Counted from the whole stretch's first letter, positions 1 through 12,400 are shown. The stretch is DNA of 63,246 bases, filler included, from Conidiobolus incongruus B7586 (GCA_000697335.1; 8 parts of 8 records of this genome joined end to end with filler, not necessarily neighbours in it); one strand, 5' to 3'. Notes: a model not told the origin generated them from the sequence alone. Numbers and translations are program-made.

Positions 1-630
1 CACAAACAATAGGGTGATAGTTAAAGGTAAAGAATCACAAGGTGGATTAGTTACTAGAATATTTCTAGTTTCTAGTGGTTTAATCAGTTAGATTTCTCTA
101 GTATACATAGTTTAATTTATAGAATCATTGGTTTGTTGGAACTTTTGTGGATCAGATTAGAATCTGCTGACTAATTGTGAAAGGGGTGATTCTAAGGTTA
201 TATTAATATTATTCAGGTTTGATTTATGGTTGGTAGGTTGGGATTGTTGAGAATTAAACAGATGTTGCTTCCTTAAGGGGTATTTGTTAGCTCTATGGTT
301 AACTTGAGTCCTTCAACAGTAATAACAACCTTTGTTTGTTCTCAAGTAGGCTTTAGCTTTTTCACTAAAGGTTTTCTCATGAAGCCCTAAAGCAGAAACA
401 TCTATTATTTGAGACTTAGGTGGGTTAAAGTGAGGTTTAAAAGATTGATTTTTTGGGTGGGAAGATTTAGTTATAGAGTAAAGGATATCATCAATTATAA
501 TTACTACATCACAAAGGTTAGAAAAAGACATATTATCAAAGTGTTCCCTACTAACTAATTAGAGCTTCACTTGAAGGTTAAGGCATTATAATAATTTGTG
601 GATTTATTCTTCTTCAGTGATATTTGGTAT

Positions 631-1550
631 GTTTAAGCATATCTCATTAAATTTCTCAATCAATTGTTTTACAGAAGTTTTTTGTTTAAGCTAGGAAAGC
701 TTTTCTCTTGCTAATTGAACTTGATCTTTTGGGTAATACCTCTCTTTAAGGGCTTTTTCCAATTGTTTAAAAGTTTGTATCCTTGTAGTAAGCTATCCTC
801 CTGAAGATTCTTTAGGATTAAGCTTGTAATGAGTTAACTACCAAGTATAAGCAGATTTTTCCAAAAAAGAAGTGGCTAATTTAAGGATATTCTCTGGATC
901 TTCATCAAGAATTAAATCAAGGTAATTCTTCATGTTTTTAAGGTAGTTTTCAAGCTTGTAAAGGTTGTTTAAGCATATCTCATTAAATTTCTCAATCAAT
1001 TGTTTTACAGAAGTTTTTTGTTTAAGCTAGGAAAGCTTTTCTCTTGCTAATTGAACTTGATCTTTTGGGTAATACCTCTCTTTAAGGGCTTTTTCCAATT
1101 GTTTAAAAGTTTGTATCCTTGTAGTAAGCTATCCTCCTGAAGATTCTTTAGGATTAAGCTTGTAATGAGTTAACTACCAAGTATAAGCAGATTTTTCCAA
1201 AAAAGAAGTGGCTAATTTAAGCATATCTCATTAAATTTCTCAATCAATTGTTTTACAGAAGTTTTTTGTTTAAGCTAGGAAAGCTTTTCTCTTGCTAATT
1301 GAACTTGATCTTTTGGGTAATACCTCTCTTTAAGGGCTTTTTCCAATTGTTTAAAAGTTTGTATCCTTGTAGTAAGCTATCCTCCTGAAGATTCTTTAGG
1401 ATTAAGCTTGTAATGAGTTAACTACCAAGTATAAGCAGATTTTTCCAAAAAAGAAGTGGCTAATTTAAGGATATTCTCTGGATCTTCATCAAGAATTAAA
1501 TCAAGGTAATTCTTCATGTTTTTAAGGTAGTTTTCAAGCTTGTAAAGGTT
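631..1550. repeat. Tandem triplication inside the gag of copy A1 (units about 631-966, 967-1215, 1216-1550)
   Basis: TTTAAGCATATCTCATTAAATTTCTC restarts at about 632, 968 and 1216. The units look identical by eye. The segment is single-copy in the sister element near 31372. Confidence 0.85.
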
Positions 1551-1919
1551 TTTTAAGCTATCTTAAGTAGTTAATTTGTTTTTAAAGATACTAAAGAGGT
1601 GGTTTAATGCATTAACTATAGTGAAGTGGCTGGTTTGTTAGATTTAAGCTCTTTGAGACATATTTTTTTCAATCAAAAGTTGTCTAATATAAGCTTTTTA
1701 GAGGGTAGTAAGTTCTTAGGGACTAAAGTCTTAGATTTACTCAGTAATTAAGCTGCTATCATCATTAAAATAATATAAGGGTATCTCCTTTTTTGGTGGT
1801 ATTATAGTGTATAGTGTTAAATTTAAATGAAATAAATTATAAATAAAATTTAAAATAGCAATAGATAGGTTAGATACAAATAGTTATTAATTTCTAGTAG
1901 GTTTTTTTTTAACAGTTTT

Positions 1920-1932
1920 GTTGCTGCTACCA
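1920..1932 (-). promoter_or_regulatory. Primer-binding site, probably initiator tRNA-Met
   Basis: The minus strand reads TGGTAGCAGCAAC immediately after the LTR. This is complementary to a tRNA 3' end ...TGCTGCT-A-CCA, which fits the A1:U72 initiator signature. A mutated version lies at 32074-32086. Confidence 0.7.
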
Positions 1933-2331
1933 TGTAAGTATAGTGGTAGTTAAACTAATATAGTGTAGAGGAAAACTTAATATAAAAGTAGTGTGGTGTA
2001 GAATGTGGTAATATAACATGGCTGTAGTGTGCAAGTGTAAACAAAGTTTAATTAAGCTTTGAACTAGGATGAGTCACTGATATATTAAGATTTATATTAG
2101 GTAGTGCCAATATCCTACAATATCAACAGAATATAGTCTCAATTTTAGAAATAGTGTGAAAGTAAAAAATAGTAAGAATTGAGAGGAAAAAGAGGAACCT
2201 AGTTTATTAGATAATTTAATACTATTTATACAATTAATTTAACTATATAAGTATAAATTAATCATATAATTTATAGTTAATTGGATTATATGAAAGTGTA
2301 TATAAGAATTTAGAGAACTAGTCTCTTAACA
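1933..2331 (-). repeat. LTR of family A (399 bp, TG...CA)
   Basis: TGTAAG...CTTAACA termini. Near-identical copies at 26680-27077, 32087-32485 and (inverted, partial) 22326-22615. Confidence 0.93.
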
Positions 2332-2644
2332 ATACCCTTTTAAAACTTAAACCAATAAATTTATAACTCACCCTATTTAAAATTTAAGATTTAATATATT
2401 AACTAATAATATATTAAATATAATTAAATATAACCTATTATAATCAGGTAATATATTTTGATTATATACTTTAGTTTAAATTAATTTAGTTAAGAATTGT
2501 TTAAGTTATAAGTAAATATAAAATAATTTTTATTTTATAACTTACTTTTACAGGTTATTATATATTTATTTTTATATATTATATATTAAAATATTTATTT
2601 ATTTTTAGTTGCAAAAAATTCCTATTATTTAAAATACAAAGTAA
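2332..2644 (+). mobile_element. Fused degenerate DNA-transposon ends: Tc1 3' end followed by mariner 3' end
   Basis: About 2500-2552 resembles the Tc1 right end at 4595-4655. About 2550-2644 resembles the mariner end ...AAAAATTCCTATTATTTAAAATACAAAGTAA|TA. Confidence 0.55.
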
Positions 2645-3079
2645 TATTAATTAATATTCTTATATAGTTTTATAATTCTTATTATATTTTTATAATAATA
2701 TTATATTTTTTATATTAACTAATTTATAAATATAATTTCTATTATTCTAACCATAATTTTAATATATTTAAGTTTTAATTTAGGTATTTTTTAATATTAT
2801 TCTTAATAACCTTAACTATAATAGATTAGCTAATATTAGTAATTCTAGCAATCTTATAAGTTGATTTATTTTTATTATAAAGTTAATTAATATAAATGTG
2901 AATATTTTTAGAGAAAAATTTAAACATTAAAATATTAAATTTAAAATACTATTTTAATAAATTTATAATATCTATAATATAGCAAAAAAAAGAAAATATG
3001 TATAAATTCTTTATTTAAACCCTTTTAACTTATAAACCTTTAAATTTATAACTTATCTTTGGTAAATATTAAGTTTTAA
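2645..3079 (-). mobile_element. Inverted internal fragment of a second Tc1 copy
   Basis: The reverse complement aligns to about 3245-3690 (e.g. 3018-3075 versus 3248-3310), forming an imperfect inverted repeat of about 430 bp. Confidence 0.65.
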
Positions 3080-3081
3080 TA

Positions 3082-4653
3082 TACTAACCTGTAAAATTAA
3101 ATTATAAAATCAAAAATATATATATTTTAATGAATAATAAAACAATTGTATAAATTATATTACTTAAAACTATAATATATAATTAAAGTATATTATTTAA
3201 TAATAAATAATTATATTTAGATATAATTAATAAACTATTAGCAAAAATATTAACCCTTAATATTTAACTAAGGTAAGTTATAAATTTTCAGGTTTTTAAG
3301 ATAAAGGGATATATTTAACTATATATAACCTTATATTTTTTCTCTCTTTGCTATTATTTTATATAATCTTATATAGATATAATAAATTCTTTTTATTAAA
3401 ATCATTATACTTAAATCCCTCTTTAAAAAAATCTATTTAAGTATTAATTAACTTTATAAAGAAAGTAAATCAACTTATGATATTGTTAGAATTACTAGTG
3501 TTAGCTAGTCTACTATAGTTAAAGCTTTTAAGAATAATAATAAAGAAACATTTAAACCTAAACTAAAATATATTAAAATCATTGATTAATATAATATGAA
3601 GTATATTTATAAGTTGATTAATATAAGCAAATATAATATTATTATAGGAATATAGTAGAAACTATAAAACTATATAAGAATATTAGTTTGTTTTAATATT
3701 ATTATATGTGTTTTATATTAGTATAGATACTACTTATATTTTAAGAAAAAACACCCCTAACTAAGAAAATTTTATTATAAAGTTAGATAAGGGTTTAAAT
3801 ATTGTTATTAATATTAAATTAAAACTAATTAAAGTATAGTTTTTTAGTTTAATGAAACAAAAATATATATTAGTAAATTTAATAAAAAAGTTAAATACTT
3901 TAGAAATAATATAGAATTAATTTATAACTATCATGTTAATTTTATTTAAAAGTATAATAATAGGTTAATTATTATTTAAGGATGTATATTGTCTTTAAAT
4001 ATAAAATATCTTTATAAAGTTAATAGGGGAATTAATATTGAAATATACTAAAGTATTTTGAAAAATGAATTGAAAAAAATTATTAATTAATATAGGCTAT
4101 TTAAATCTGATGTTATTTTCCAACAAGATAATACCTCTTGCTATACTATAGCTTCTACTACCAAATAGCTTAAAAATAACAAGATAATAGTTATAAAGTA
4201 GTTTCTTTAATTTTTTAACCTTAATCTAATTAAATATCTTTGGGATTAGTTAAAAAAAGCTATTAAAGTTTTCCCCACAGTAAAAAATTTAAATTAACTT
4301 TAAAAATATATTTAAAAAGTATAAAATAAGATTAATCCTTTTTAGTATAAGAAATTAATTAATTCTATACCCTATATATTTAAAAAAGTTAGAAAAGCTA
4401 AAGGTAGATATATTAGGTTTTAATTTTTTTTTATCATCAAAAACCTATAAATTTATTATTTACCTTAGGTAAAATTTAAATATTTATATTTTAATTAATT
4501 AGTAGCTAAATATCATTATTTAATGATATATATAATTAATAAATATAATAGATTTTAATTATTTAATTTAAGTTTATTTTATTAAATATTAATTAAGTTA
4601 TTAGTAAAGATATAATTATTTTTGATTTTATAACTTATTTTTATAGGTTAGTG
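3082..4653 (+). mobile_element. Degenerate Tc1-family (DD34E) DNA transposon, about 1.57 kb
   Basis: TIRs TACTAACCTGTAAAATTAAATTATAAAATCAAAA and (reverse complement) CACTAACCTATAAAAATAAGTTATAAAATCAAA, both flanked by TA. Relic transposase near 4110-4255, VIFQQDNTSCYT...K*FL*FFNLNLIKYLWD, matches FQQDNAxxH...WPxQSPDLNPIEHLW. Confidence 0.85.
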
Positions 4654-4699
4654 TATATTAAACAATAGTTAATAAAATATATTTAAATATAGTTAATTA

Positions 4700-6018
4700 T
4701 TCCTCTGTCTTTTTAATAATGGGAATTTTTTGCAATTAAAAATAAATAAACATTTGAATATATGATATATAAAAATAAATATATAATATAAATTTAATAG
4801 TTTTTTATATTATTAATAACTTTTTCCTATACTTTTAGCAAACTTCTAACACTTAAAAAACAATTCTTTTTATTAAAGACTGAAATTTAATGTTTTACAA
4901 ACCAATTAAATTTTCCTGTAGAAATTTTCTTTCTTGTAAGCTGGTTTTTTAATTACCTAAAGCAATTATAATTACATAGGTTATAATCAAAGGAATATAC
5001 TAGATGTGGTAGTTTTTTCCAGTTATTTTTAATTAGAAAGTTTTTTACAGCTTTAGATTTATGTATTTTGTAATTATCAAGTAAAATAATAGGTTTTCTT
5101 AAATTATATTGAGAACACCAATTAGAAATACTTTTATTTAAAAAAACAATATATAGTTTACTATTAATTGATTTTCCTTTAGGAACTAAATAAGAATAGC
5201 ATATACTATTATAATCTATTATAATAATTAACATTCACTTATTAATAAAGTGTTTATTTAAAGGGATTTGTAGAGAGGGTTGATTTAGCTTAATCTAATA
5301 TCTTGATTTGTGTTTTGGTAAAGGATTATACATAGGGATTTAAGATTCATCAATTGTAATTATTCACTGTAAAAGTTTAGGCTTCTAGTAATATTTCAAT
5401 AGGTTTTGTTTAGCAATAGCTACTCTAGCTTTTTTTTAAGCTTTAGTTAAATTATAAGGTACCTATTTTATATTTTTTTATTTATTAATTTTAGTTTAAA
5501 CTTTAAAATATATAAAATACTTGTAAAACTAATATTAAAGTACCTAGATAATTCTCTAGCTAAATTAAAAAGGTGCTTTTCAATATATTTTTTTACTCTA
5601 TTTACAATTGAAAGAGTAGCAGTTGAAGTTAGTTTTCTAGATTTTAGCAGGTTTTAAATAGTTTCTCTCTTAACCTTAAAGTAATTTACCTAGCAATAAA
5701 TTGTTAATTTAGATAATACTTTATTACCAAAAGCTGCTTGTAAATTTTAAATAATTTTAGAGGGTTTATGGTTAAGTTTTACTAATACCAAAATAAAAAA
5801 CTTTTGATGATCACTATTTGGTTTATGCATGATTAAATTAAACAACCAATTTTAAAAAGTTAATTTTTTAATCAAAAAAACTAATATATATATATATATA
5901 TATTATTAAAAATATATAATTTCCTATTAACTTTGTATATATTTATTTATTTCAAACTAATAATATGTTTGAAAAATTAGAAATTAAAAAATTTCCCATT
6001 ATTTTAAATTCAAGGTAA
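4700..6018 (-). mobile_element. Degenerate mariner (DD34D) transposon, about 1.32 kb, full length
   Basis: TIRs of about 26 bp ending AATAATGGGAA, flanked by TA. ATG at 5830 (MHKPNSDHQK...HKPSKII*NLQAAFG, HTH-like). K*VPYNL is a WVPHEL relic. ORF 4953-5234 carries LLDNYKIH and PHLVYSFDYNLCNY (HDNARPH and YSPDLAPSDY relics). Confidence 0.9.
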
Positions 6019-6149
6019 TAAAATTAAATAATAAAGGTAAACTATATAACTTAACTTTATTTGTTTAAAAATTATTTGAAATATAGGTAAATATATAAGT
6101 AATATGAAATTTATTATATACTTTTATAAGTTAATATATATATTAATTA

Positions 6150-6249
6150 NNNNNNNNNNNNNNNNNNNNNNNNNNNNNNNNNNNNNNNNNNNNTTAATTA
6201 ATTAANNNNNNNNNNNNNNNNNNNNNNNNNNNNNNNNNNNNNNNNNNNN
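6150..6249. other. Artificial assembly spacer N44-TTAATTAATTAA-N44; also at 14292-14391, 21068-21167, 22616-22715, 28247-28346, 32717-32816 and 55351-55450
   Basis: The same 100-nt structure occurs seven times. The 12-mer is palindromic and gives stops in all six frames. Confidence 0.97.
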
Positions 6250-6557
6250 CCACATCTAGTATATTCTTTAGATTATAACTTATATAATTATAATTACTTT
6301 AGGTAATTAAAAAACTAACTTACAAGAAAGAAAATTTCTATAAAAAAATTTAATTTATTTATAAAATATTAAATTTTAGTCTTTAATAAAAAAACTATTT
6401 TTTAAATGTTAAAAATTTATTAAAAATATAACAAAAAATTATTAATAATTAAAAAACTATTAAATTTATAATATATATTAATTTTTATATATTATATATT
6501 AAAATGTTTATTTATTTTAAATTACAAAAAATTCCCATTATTTAAAATACAAAGTAA
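6250..6557 (+). mobile_element. Mariner 3' fragment
   Basis: Reverse-complement match to about 4700-5010. Ends in TIR ...TTCCCATTATTTAAAATACAAAGTAA|TA. Confidence 0.8.
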
Positions 6558-7754
6558 TAATAATAATTATACTCTTAATCTATATATATTTGAATTTTAA
6601 TATGAATATTTATAAGAGATTATTTATAAATCTCAATTGATATATTAGGCTATCTAGAAAGTTTTGTTCATTTTATTAGTTTCTTGAGTAAATAATTAAT
6701 CAACATAAAAACTATGAATTATACTTATGATTTTATAATAAAATTACCAAATGAATTTTTCACAATATATTATTAAACTGAGTTTAGTAGTATTTTTGTC
6801 ATATGTTACTTAAACTTTTTAGGTAATTATTCTTTTATATTTTTATATTTGTTTAAGATTAATTTTGCTTTTGTAGAAAGAAAATCATTTTACAAACATT
6901 TATATATTAAATGAATAGATATTATGAACATTCAACTTATAATCAATTAGATAAAATAATAAAATCATATGCTAAGAACTAATACTTGCATTTGTATGAG
7001 TAATATAAAAACTTAAATTCTAATGCTTTTGCTTCATAATTTATTTCATCAATATTTCAATTTAAACTATTCAATTTTCATTCATACATTTGCAAGGTTA
7101 TTTAGCATGAAATAAAGTAAACATCATTTTCTAGTAATGAGCTGATTAATAAATAACTATTTTTATTAGATCATTTTAGAATAATTATATCCAACTTTGA
7201 GGTTTTTAATATAAATTTACAAGAATTTTGTCGCAAAATAAATTATATATGTATTGGGATGTTTATAATAATTTAGTATCATTGATTGAAACAAATCATA
7301 AGGATTATTTTTTAATGATTCAAATATAATCATTATAATTTTATAAAAATTGTGATTAATAAATACTTATATATATATATATATATATGTATTATAACAT
7401 TCTTAAAATTCATCTGTGTTTATTTGAATTGAAACTATTGCAGAAAGAAATTTTTGGTCTATTGAAAAAGAAATAGAATAACATTTGAAGATGGAGAATA
7501 CACTATTAATCAAATGAATGGGAAGTGAATATTTAATGAAAAGATCAAAGTTTAAAATTGAAATTAAAAACATAAAACATCAATTAACTATTATTATTAT
7601 TATTATTATTATATTTATTATTAATTATTTATTCAATTTACTATGTATGAGGGCCATTGATGAATTGAATTGATAATGATAATTGATGTTGAAGAATGCA
7701 ATTAAAAAATTTAGAAAAAAATCAGTTTCAAATATTGATGATAATTAAAATTAA

Positions 7755-8177
7755 TTACCACCAATAACTGAACCAAGTTCTTGTAGCGAAAGGTAGGATG
7801 AATAATCCCAAAGTCGCTAAAGAATGTAATATCCAGAAAATTCTAGCAATTCTCATAAATCCTAGTACATTGAAACAAGCCATAAAGAATAAACTGAAGG
7901 TTATTACCAAGGAGAAGACATCGGCTGCTACTTTGTATCCCATACCCAAGATATTGAAGATAATACCAATTGCCAATAGTAATAAACCATCAAGCAGTTG
8001 ACGATGATTGTTGATACTGCGGTATTCAAATTCAGTTTTAGGGTCGAAAGCTTCGGGGTCCGCTGGAACGTCCCCACCAACGAATTGATAATAATTGTGA
8101 GGTAAACTGAATAAGAACCAGGTTAAGAAGACTACCATCACGGCAGCTCCTTGGATAACATACATTTGATCAAACAT
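7755..8177 (-). CDS. Hypothetical integral membrane protein, 140 aa, about 4 TM helices, intronless
   Basis: Clean ATG-to-stop ORF forming a GC- and CpG-richer island in AT-rich surroundings. Four hydrophobic segments. Confidence 0.75.
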   Translation of the reverse strand: MFDQMYVIQGAAVMVVFLTWFLFSLPHNYYQFVGGDVPADPEAFDPKTEFEYRSINNHRQLLDGLLLLAIGIIFNILGMGYKVAADVFSLVITFSLFFMACFNVLGFMRIARIFWILHSLATLGLFILPFATRTWFSYWW

Positions 8178-10868
8178 TTTGAACTATTGAATATTGTTTA
8201 AAAAATTAGATTAAAGAGTATAGAATAGGTCGAAAGTCTAAAATTTAATAATGATACTTAGAGCTACAGCCACCAATTCTTTATTTATACTCCGACTTTT
8301 TTCAATACTATATCTTATTGGGTTTGGGAGCTCCAACTTAATCATTGCGGGGGAAGGGAGAGGATGAATGTTTTATAATCATAATAAAGGTGAATTGAAC
8401 TCATTACCAATTGACATATTTAGTATTTGATTATCGAGTTATCAATCTTGGAAATATTTTAAATTTCTTAAAATCATTAATATTATAATCAAAAATTCAA
8501 TCATTATTAATTTTACATCAATTGAGTCACTTTTAAAATTTTGTTTAAACAATTTAGCATTCGCAAATTTCATTGGTTTATTCTTCTCAAATTCAAAATA
8601 ATTATAGAAATTTCTTGATTTTGATTGGTTCTCTCCACATTGGTGCAGTCAATCTTAACAAAATGAAAAGATAAATTGATTGACCACGTGTGGTGATGGA
8701 GGAACTCGCGGGGAATCAAAGAGCCCAAAGTTTAATGAAACGAAACAATTATTTATTGACTATTATTGTTCAATAATAACAGCTAAACAAAGATCTGTTG
8801 TCATTTTAAAATATTCATCAATTCATTCTTTTTTTTGAATTTATCCAATAAAAAATATCCCAGATTATTATGAGATTCACTTAAATAATAAACATTGCCG
8901 TTATTAAATTCAGTTTAGCAATATCCCCATTAATATACTTTTTGTTTATCACAAGATCAAAAATAATTAATATTAAATATTTTAATTAGAACATCAAGAC
9001 ATCTCGCGAACCAATATAAAATTAATGATTAGTTATAAATGGAATTATTTAGCTATATTTAACAATAAAAATACTTTGATAATATAATTAATATGAAAAG
9101 GTAGTCAAATCAGTAAGCTTCACATGAATATAATATTATATTAACTGTAAAAGCAGATATATCATAATTAATATGCATTGTAAAATTGATGAAATCATTA
9201 AATGTTTTGAATAAATCGACACTAATCATATTAAGATAGTCGAATACCTTAATTATAGCTAATTTGAATTATTAGAATTTATTAAGTGAAAATTATTAAT
9301 TGATTAATACTAAAATTGGTTGAATTTTAAGTTGAAAATCTAAATGAAATTTAGATTCAATTTAGCTAAATTGGTATTATTTTGTTTGTGTGTATTATGC
9401 TTGAGAGTTTTTATCATTGGTTTTGATAGCATTAATGAAAATTTGTTTTTTGATTACTTATTATTTTAACATATATGATACTTGAATGATTTATATTCAA
9501 TAATAATGGTTTTACAATGATATTTTCAACCATATCTCCAAATTATTTATGGTTATTTTTATTTGATCAATTTCAAACTTGAATAATTTAATAGATAATA
9601 ATTGCGTATTAAAAGCAAATATCATTTGGATATTATATTTTTTTTGTTTAATTGGGTCCAATAAGGAATGATTTAATAAAGCTGATAATGATAAAGGGAA
9701 TATAAATAAAAAGTTATTTATAATGATCTGCTTTGTTTTTGAATATTATTTTCATATATTAGTTTTACTTGGTTGATGAACTACATTTTTTATTATAACT
9801 TAACACTAAAATATATTTCCTTTAAATAATATTTCAAAATAAGATAGATATTTATACATAATAATTATTTCTCGGTTCAAATCTTATTACCTATTTCAAA
9901 TATTTTAAGTTGAAAACATTAGAAATTTGTATTGTTAAATAAATTATATATAATTCGAATATTATTAAAGTAATTGTGTAGATATAAATTGATGATTATT
10001 GTTATTTGATGAGTAAAAACTTTCTAATTTTAGAAATTAAGTAGCAGTCCTTCACATCAAATTGAATTGTAGAATAGTTTTGACTGTAGTATTGTTATAG
10101 CATGATTTAGTATTTCTGTTATTGCCAAAGCAATTTTAGTGCTAATCACACTTTTTCTAATTTTGGACCATAGAATTGATCAATATTTTATATTTAAAAA
10201 ATCTTATATGTATTAATGATTCTATCAAAGTTATTACCATTTGAGTATAAATTTTTGAATTCCACTCAGGCTAATCTTTAGAATAATTAACAACTAAGTC
10301 ACTAATAAATGCGTTAAATATACTAACACTGATAAATAAATCAAAGTATTCTGTTTATTAGTACTATAGATTGATTATATAAAAATCCAATATGAGAATA
10401 GAAATTCAAAAAATATGCAAATGTATATTAAAGTTTCATATAGTTGAAAATATGTAATACTATTCGTAGATTCATTCAAATGCTATAAGTTCCAAATATG
10501 GTATCTATCAATAAAGTAATCATTAGGTTATAAAGCTTATTTAAATTAATTTAAAAATAGTGCGAATAATAAATCTATAATATTTGATATTAATTAATAT
10601 ATACTCATAACAATATTTGAAGTATATATTTCAAATTATAAATGTATCATAAATATCATGAAATTTGAAATTTCAGAAAAACTAAAACAAGGTTTATATT
10701 GTATCATATAATATATCGATAAATTAATATATTATAAAAATATATGTGCTCAATTTCAATTAGAAAATTTTTTTAAAAAATACACTGACACAAATTACAC
10801 TATTAGAAAATTAAATAAAACTTAAAAAAATGGTTTTAAATGAAATTTATTAGTGAAGGTAAATATAA

Positions 10869-11180
10869 TTAAACACAAGGGCATTTAATAGATTGGATAT
10901 CCCATCCAGGGTTACGATAACCATCAGAGTCAATAGGTTTAGAATCGCCAGAGCATCCAGTGCTACGGTAGATTCTGCAGAGATATCCACCATTGGATTT
11001 GGCAGATTTCCAAGAGCCAACAATGTTGACACAAGTATCGCCAGAAGTAATAACCTTGCTTTGACCCTTCAATCCAGTATTACGGTAAATGGTGAGGGAA
11101 CCAGCAGAGTTCCAAGGAGCACACCAAGCGGAAACGAGAGCAGCATTAGCAATGAGAATGGCAGTAGTGAAGATTTGCAT
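10869..11180 (-). CDS. Small secreted Cys-rich protein, 103 aa, probable beta/gamma-crystallin (MiAMP1/killer-toxin-like) fold
   Basis: Signal peptide MQIFTTAILIANAALVSA. Six Cys. Two Greek-key-like repeats: LTIYRNTGLKG...SAK and CRIYRSTGCSG...SIKC. GC island. Confidence 0.8.
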   Translation of the reverse strand: MQIFTTAILIANAALVSAWCAPWNSAGSLTIYRNTGLKGQSKVITSGDTCVNIVGSWKSAKSNGGYLCRIYRSTGCSGDSKPIDSDGYRNPGWDIQSIKCPCV

Positions 11181-12400
11181 GATGATTATTTCAGTATTAT
11201 TTAATTAATGATTAGATAATTTGATATATTATTGCCAAAGTGCTTATATATTATACAATGATATCTATATCTTTTTGATCAATATTTTTAATCTGTTTAA
11301 ATTTAGCCGATTTGGATCTTATTAACGGAGTCGGTAACATATAAGAAAAATATGATAGAAACCAAAGTGGATATTTTCTAAAATGTTCTTTCCAAAATCA
11401 CTTGTTAAAATTTATTTTTTGGCAAATGAGGCTAATAGTATAGAAAGCTTTGTGGTATAGACTGTGATTAAAGTAAGAAGAACAAGTTATTAATACAATG
11501 TACCAAACTCAGTGATATTTGGTAAAATAATAACCTTTTTATTAGTTATATTGAGTATTATGTAAACCAATTAATTTTCATAAGATATGATTATTCATTT
11601 TAATATGGATTGACATTAATAAATTCTAGACTCTTTTGGTTCATTTAGTTTTTAGCTTTTGAAGATTATGGTTGATCCTAATTGTAAACACAAGCTATAC
11701 TAGTATATCAAAATTTAATAGCTAATGATTATGTTTACCATATTTTGTCTTTATTACAATCACAGCAATCATTAAACTGATAAATCATGTTAAATAAAAC
11801 TATTCTCAAGTGTATATGATTTAATAATAAGAATCAGAGCAATATTCCACTTATGATGTCAATTTATATTATAGGTATATTTACATATTCTAAACCATCA
11901 ACATATTCGTGTTATATAGCATTATTCGAATTGTGAAAATGGTAATGGTATTGTATAAAAGTATATTGATAAATAATACATGTTAGAGATATAACTCAAA
12001 TACATATTTTTATTTGCTAGTTTCAATATCACAGTTATGAAATGGCTCAAGTTAAATTTCGAATAGAATATCAATTGACACAATGATGCAGATGGCAATT
12101 TGTGGTCACATAACTTTACCTCTCTTATTAAAATTACTATAGTCAATTGAACTCATCAGCCTTAATAAAGTAAACTTCCTTATTTGCGAAAATTAAAAAT
12201 GATGTGACTTGGTAATATGCGAAGAAGATATTTATTAAAAAGAAATCATGCTCTTTCTAATAATAAAATCCTGATAATTACTTGAATTAATGAGAATTTT
12301 TAGCAAAAATTTAAATCATTTAGAATTATTAATGGAAATCTGGATAAAATTGGATTTTAGCCGAATTGTTAATATTTAAGAATATAGTTTTTGATAGTCA

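Larger units (their letters stand above)
1..2331 (-). mobile_element. Ty3/gypsy chromovirus family A, copy A1: 5' LTR, PBS and degenerate gag; continues beyond the window start
   Basis: Colinear with 30743-32485 of the full copy. ORF 313-531 ends in the gag zinc-knuckle start (KGCYYC*RTQVNHRANKYP). Many in-frame stops. Confidence 0.92.

Noticed and set aside
4953..5234. Short ORFs inside transposons (313-531, 4953-5234, 16326-16535, 16692-16874, 21292-21483, 21807-22085, 27921-28112)
   Set aside because: Stop-bounded or off-frame fragments of dead gag/pol/transposase genes, not independent genes.
6194..6205. Recurrent palindrome TTAATTAATTAA (seven copies)
   Set aside because: Always centred in 88 N. 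It is an artificial six-frame-stop spacer, not biological.
8684..8689. CACGTG E-box in a GC-richer patch upstream of the 140-aa gene
   Set aside because: A single hexamer cannot be distinguished from chance without conservation data.
10893..11204. 103-aa antisense ORF over the secreted peptide gene, and similar shadow ORFs over the GMC, ATG22 and AMPP genes
   Set aside because: Expected by-products of GC-richer coding DNA, with no motifs of their own.
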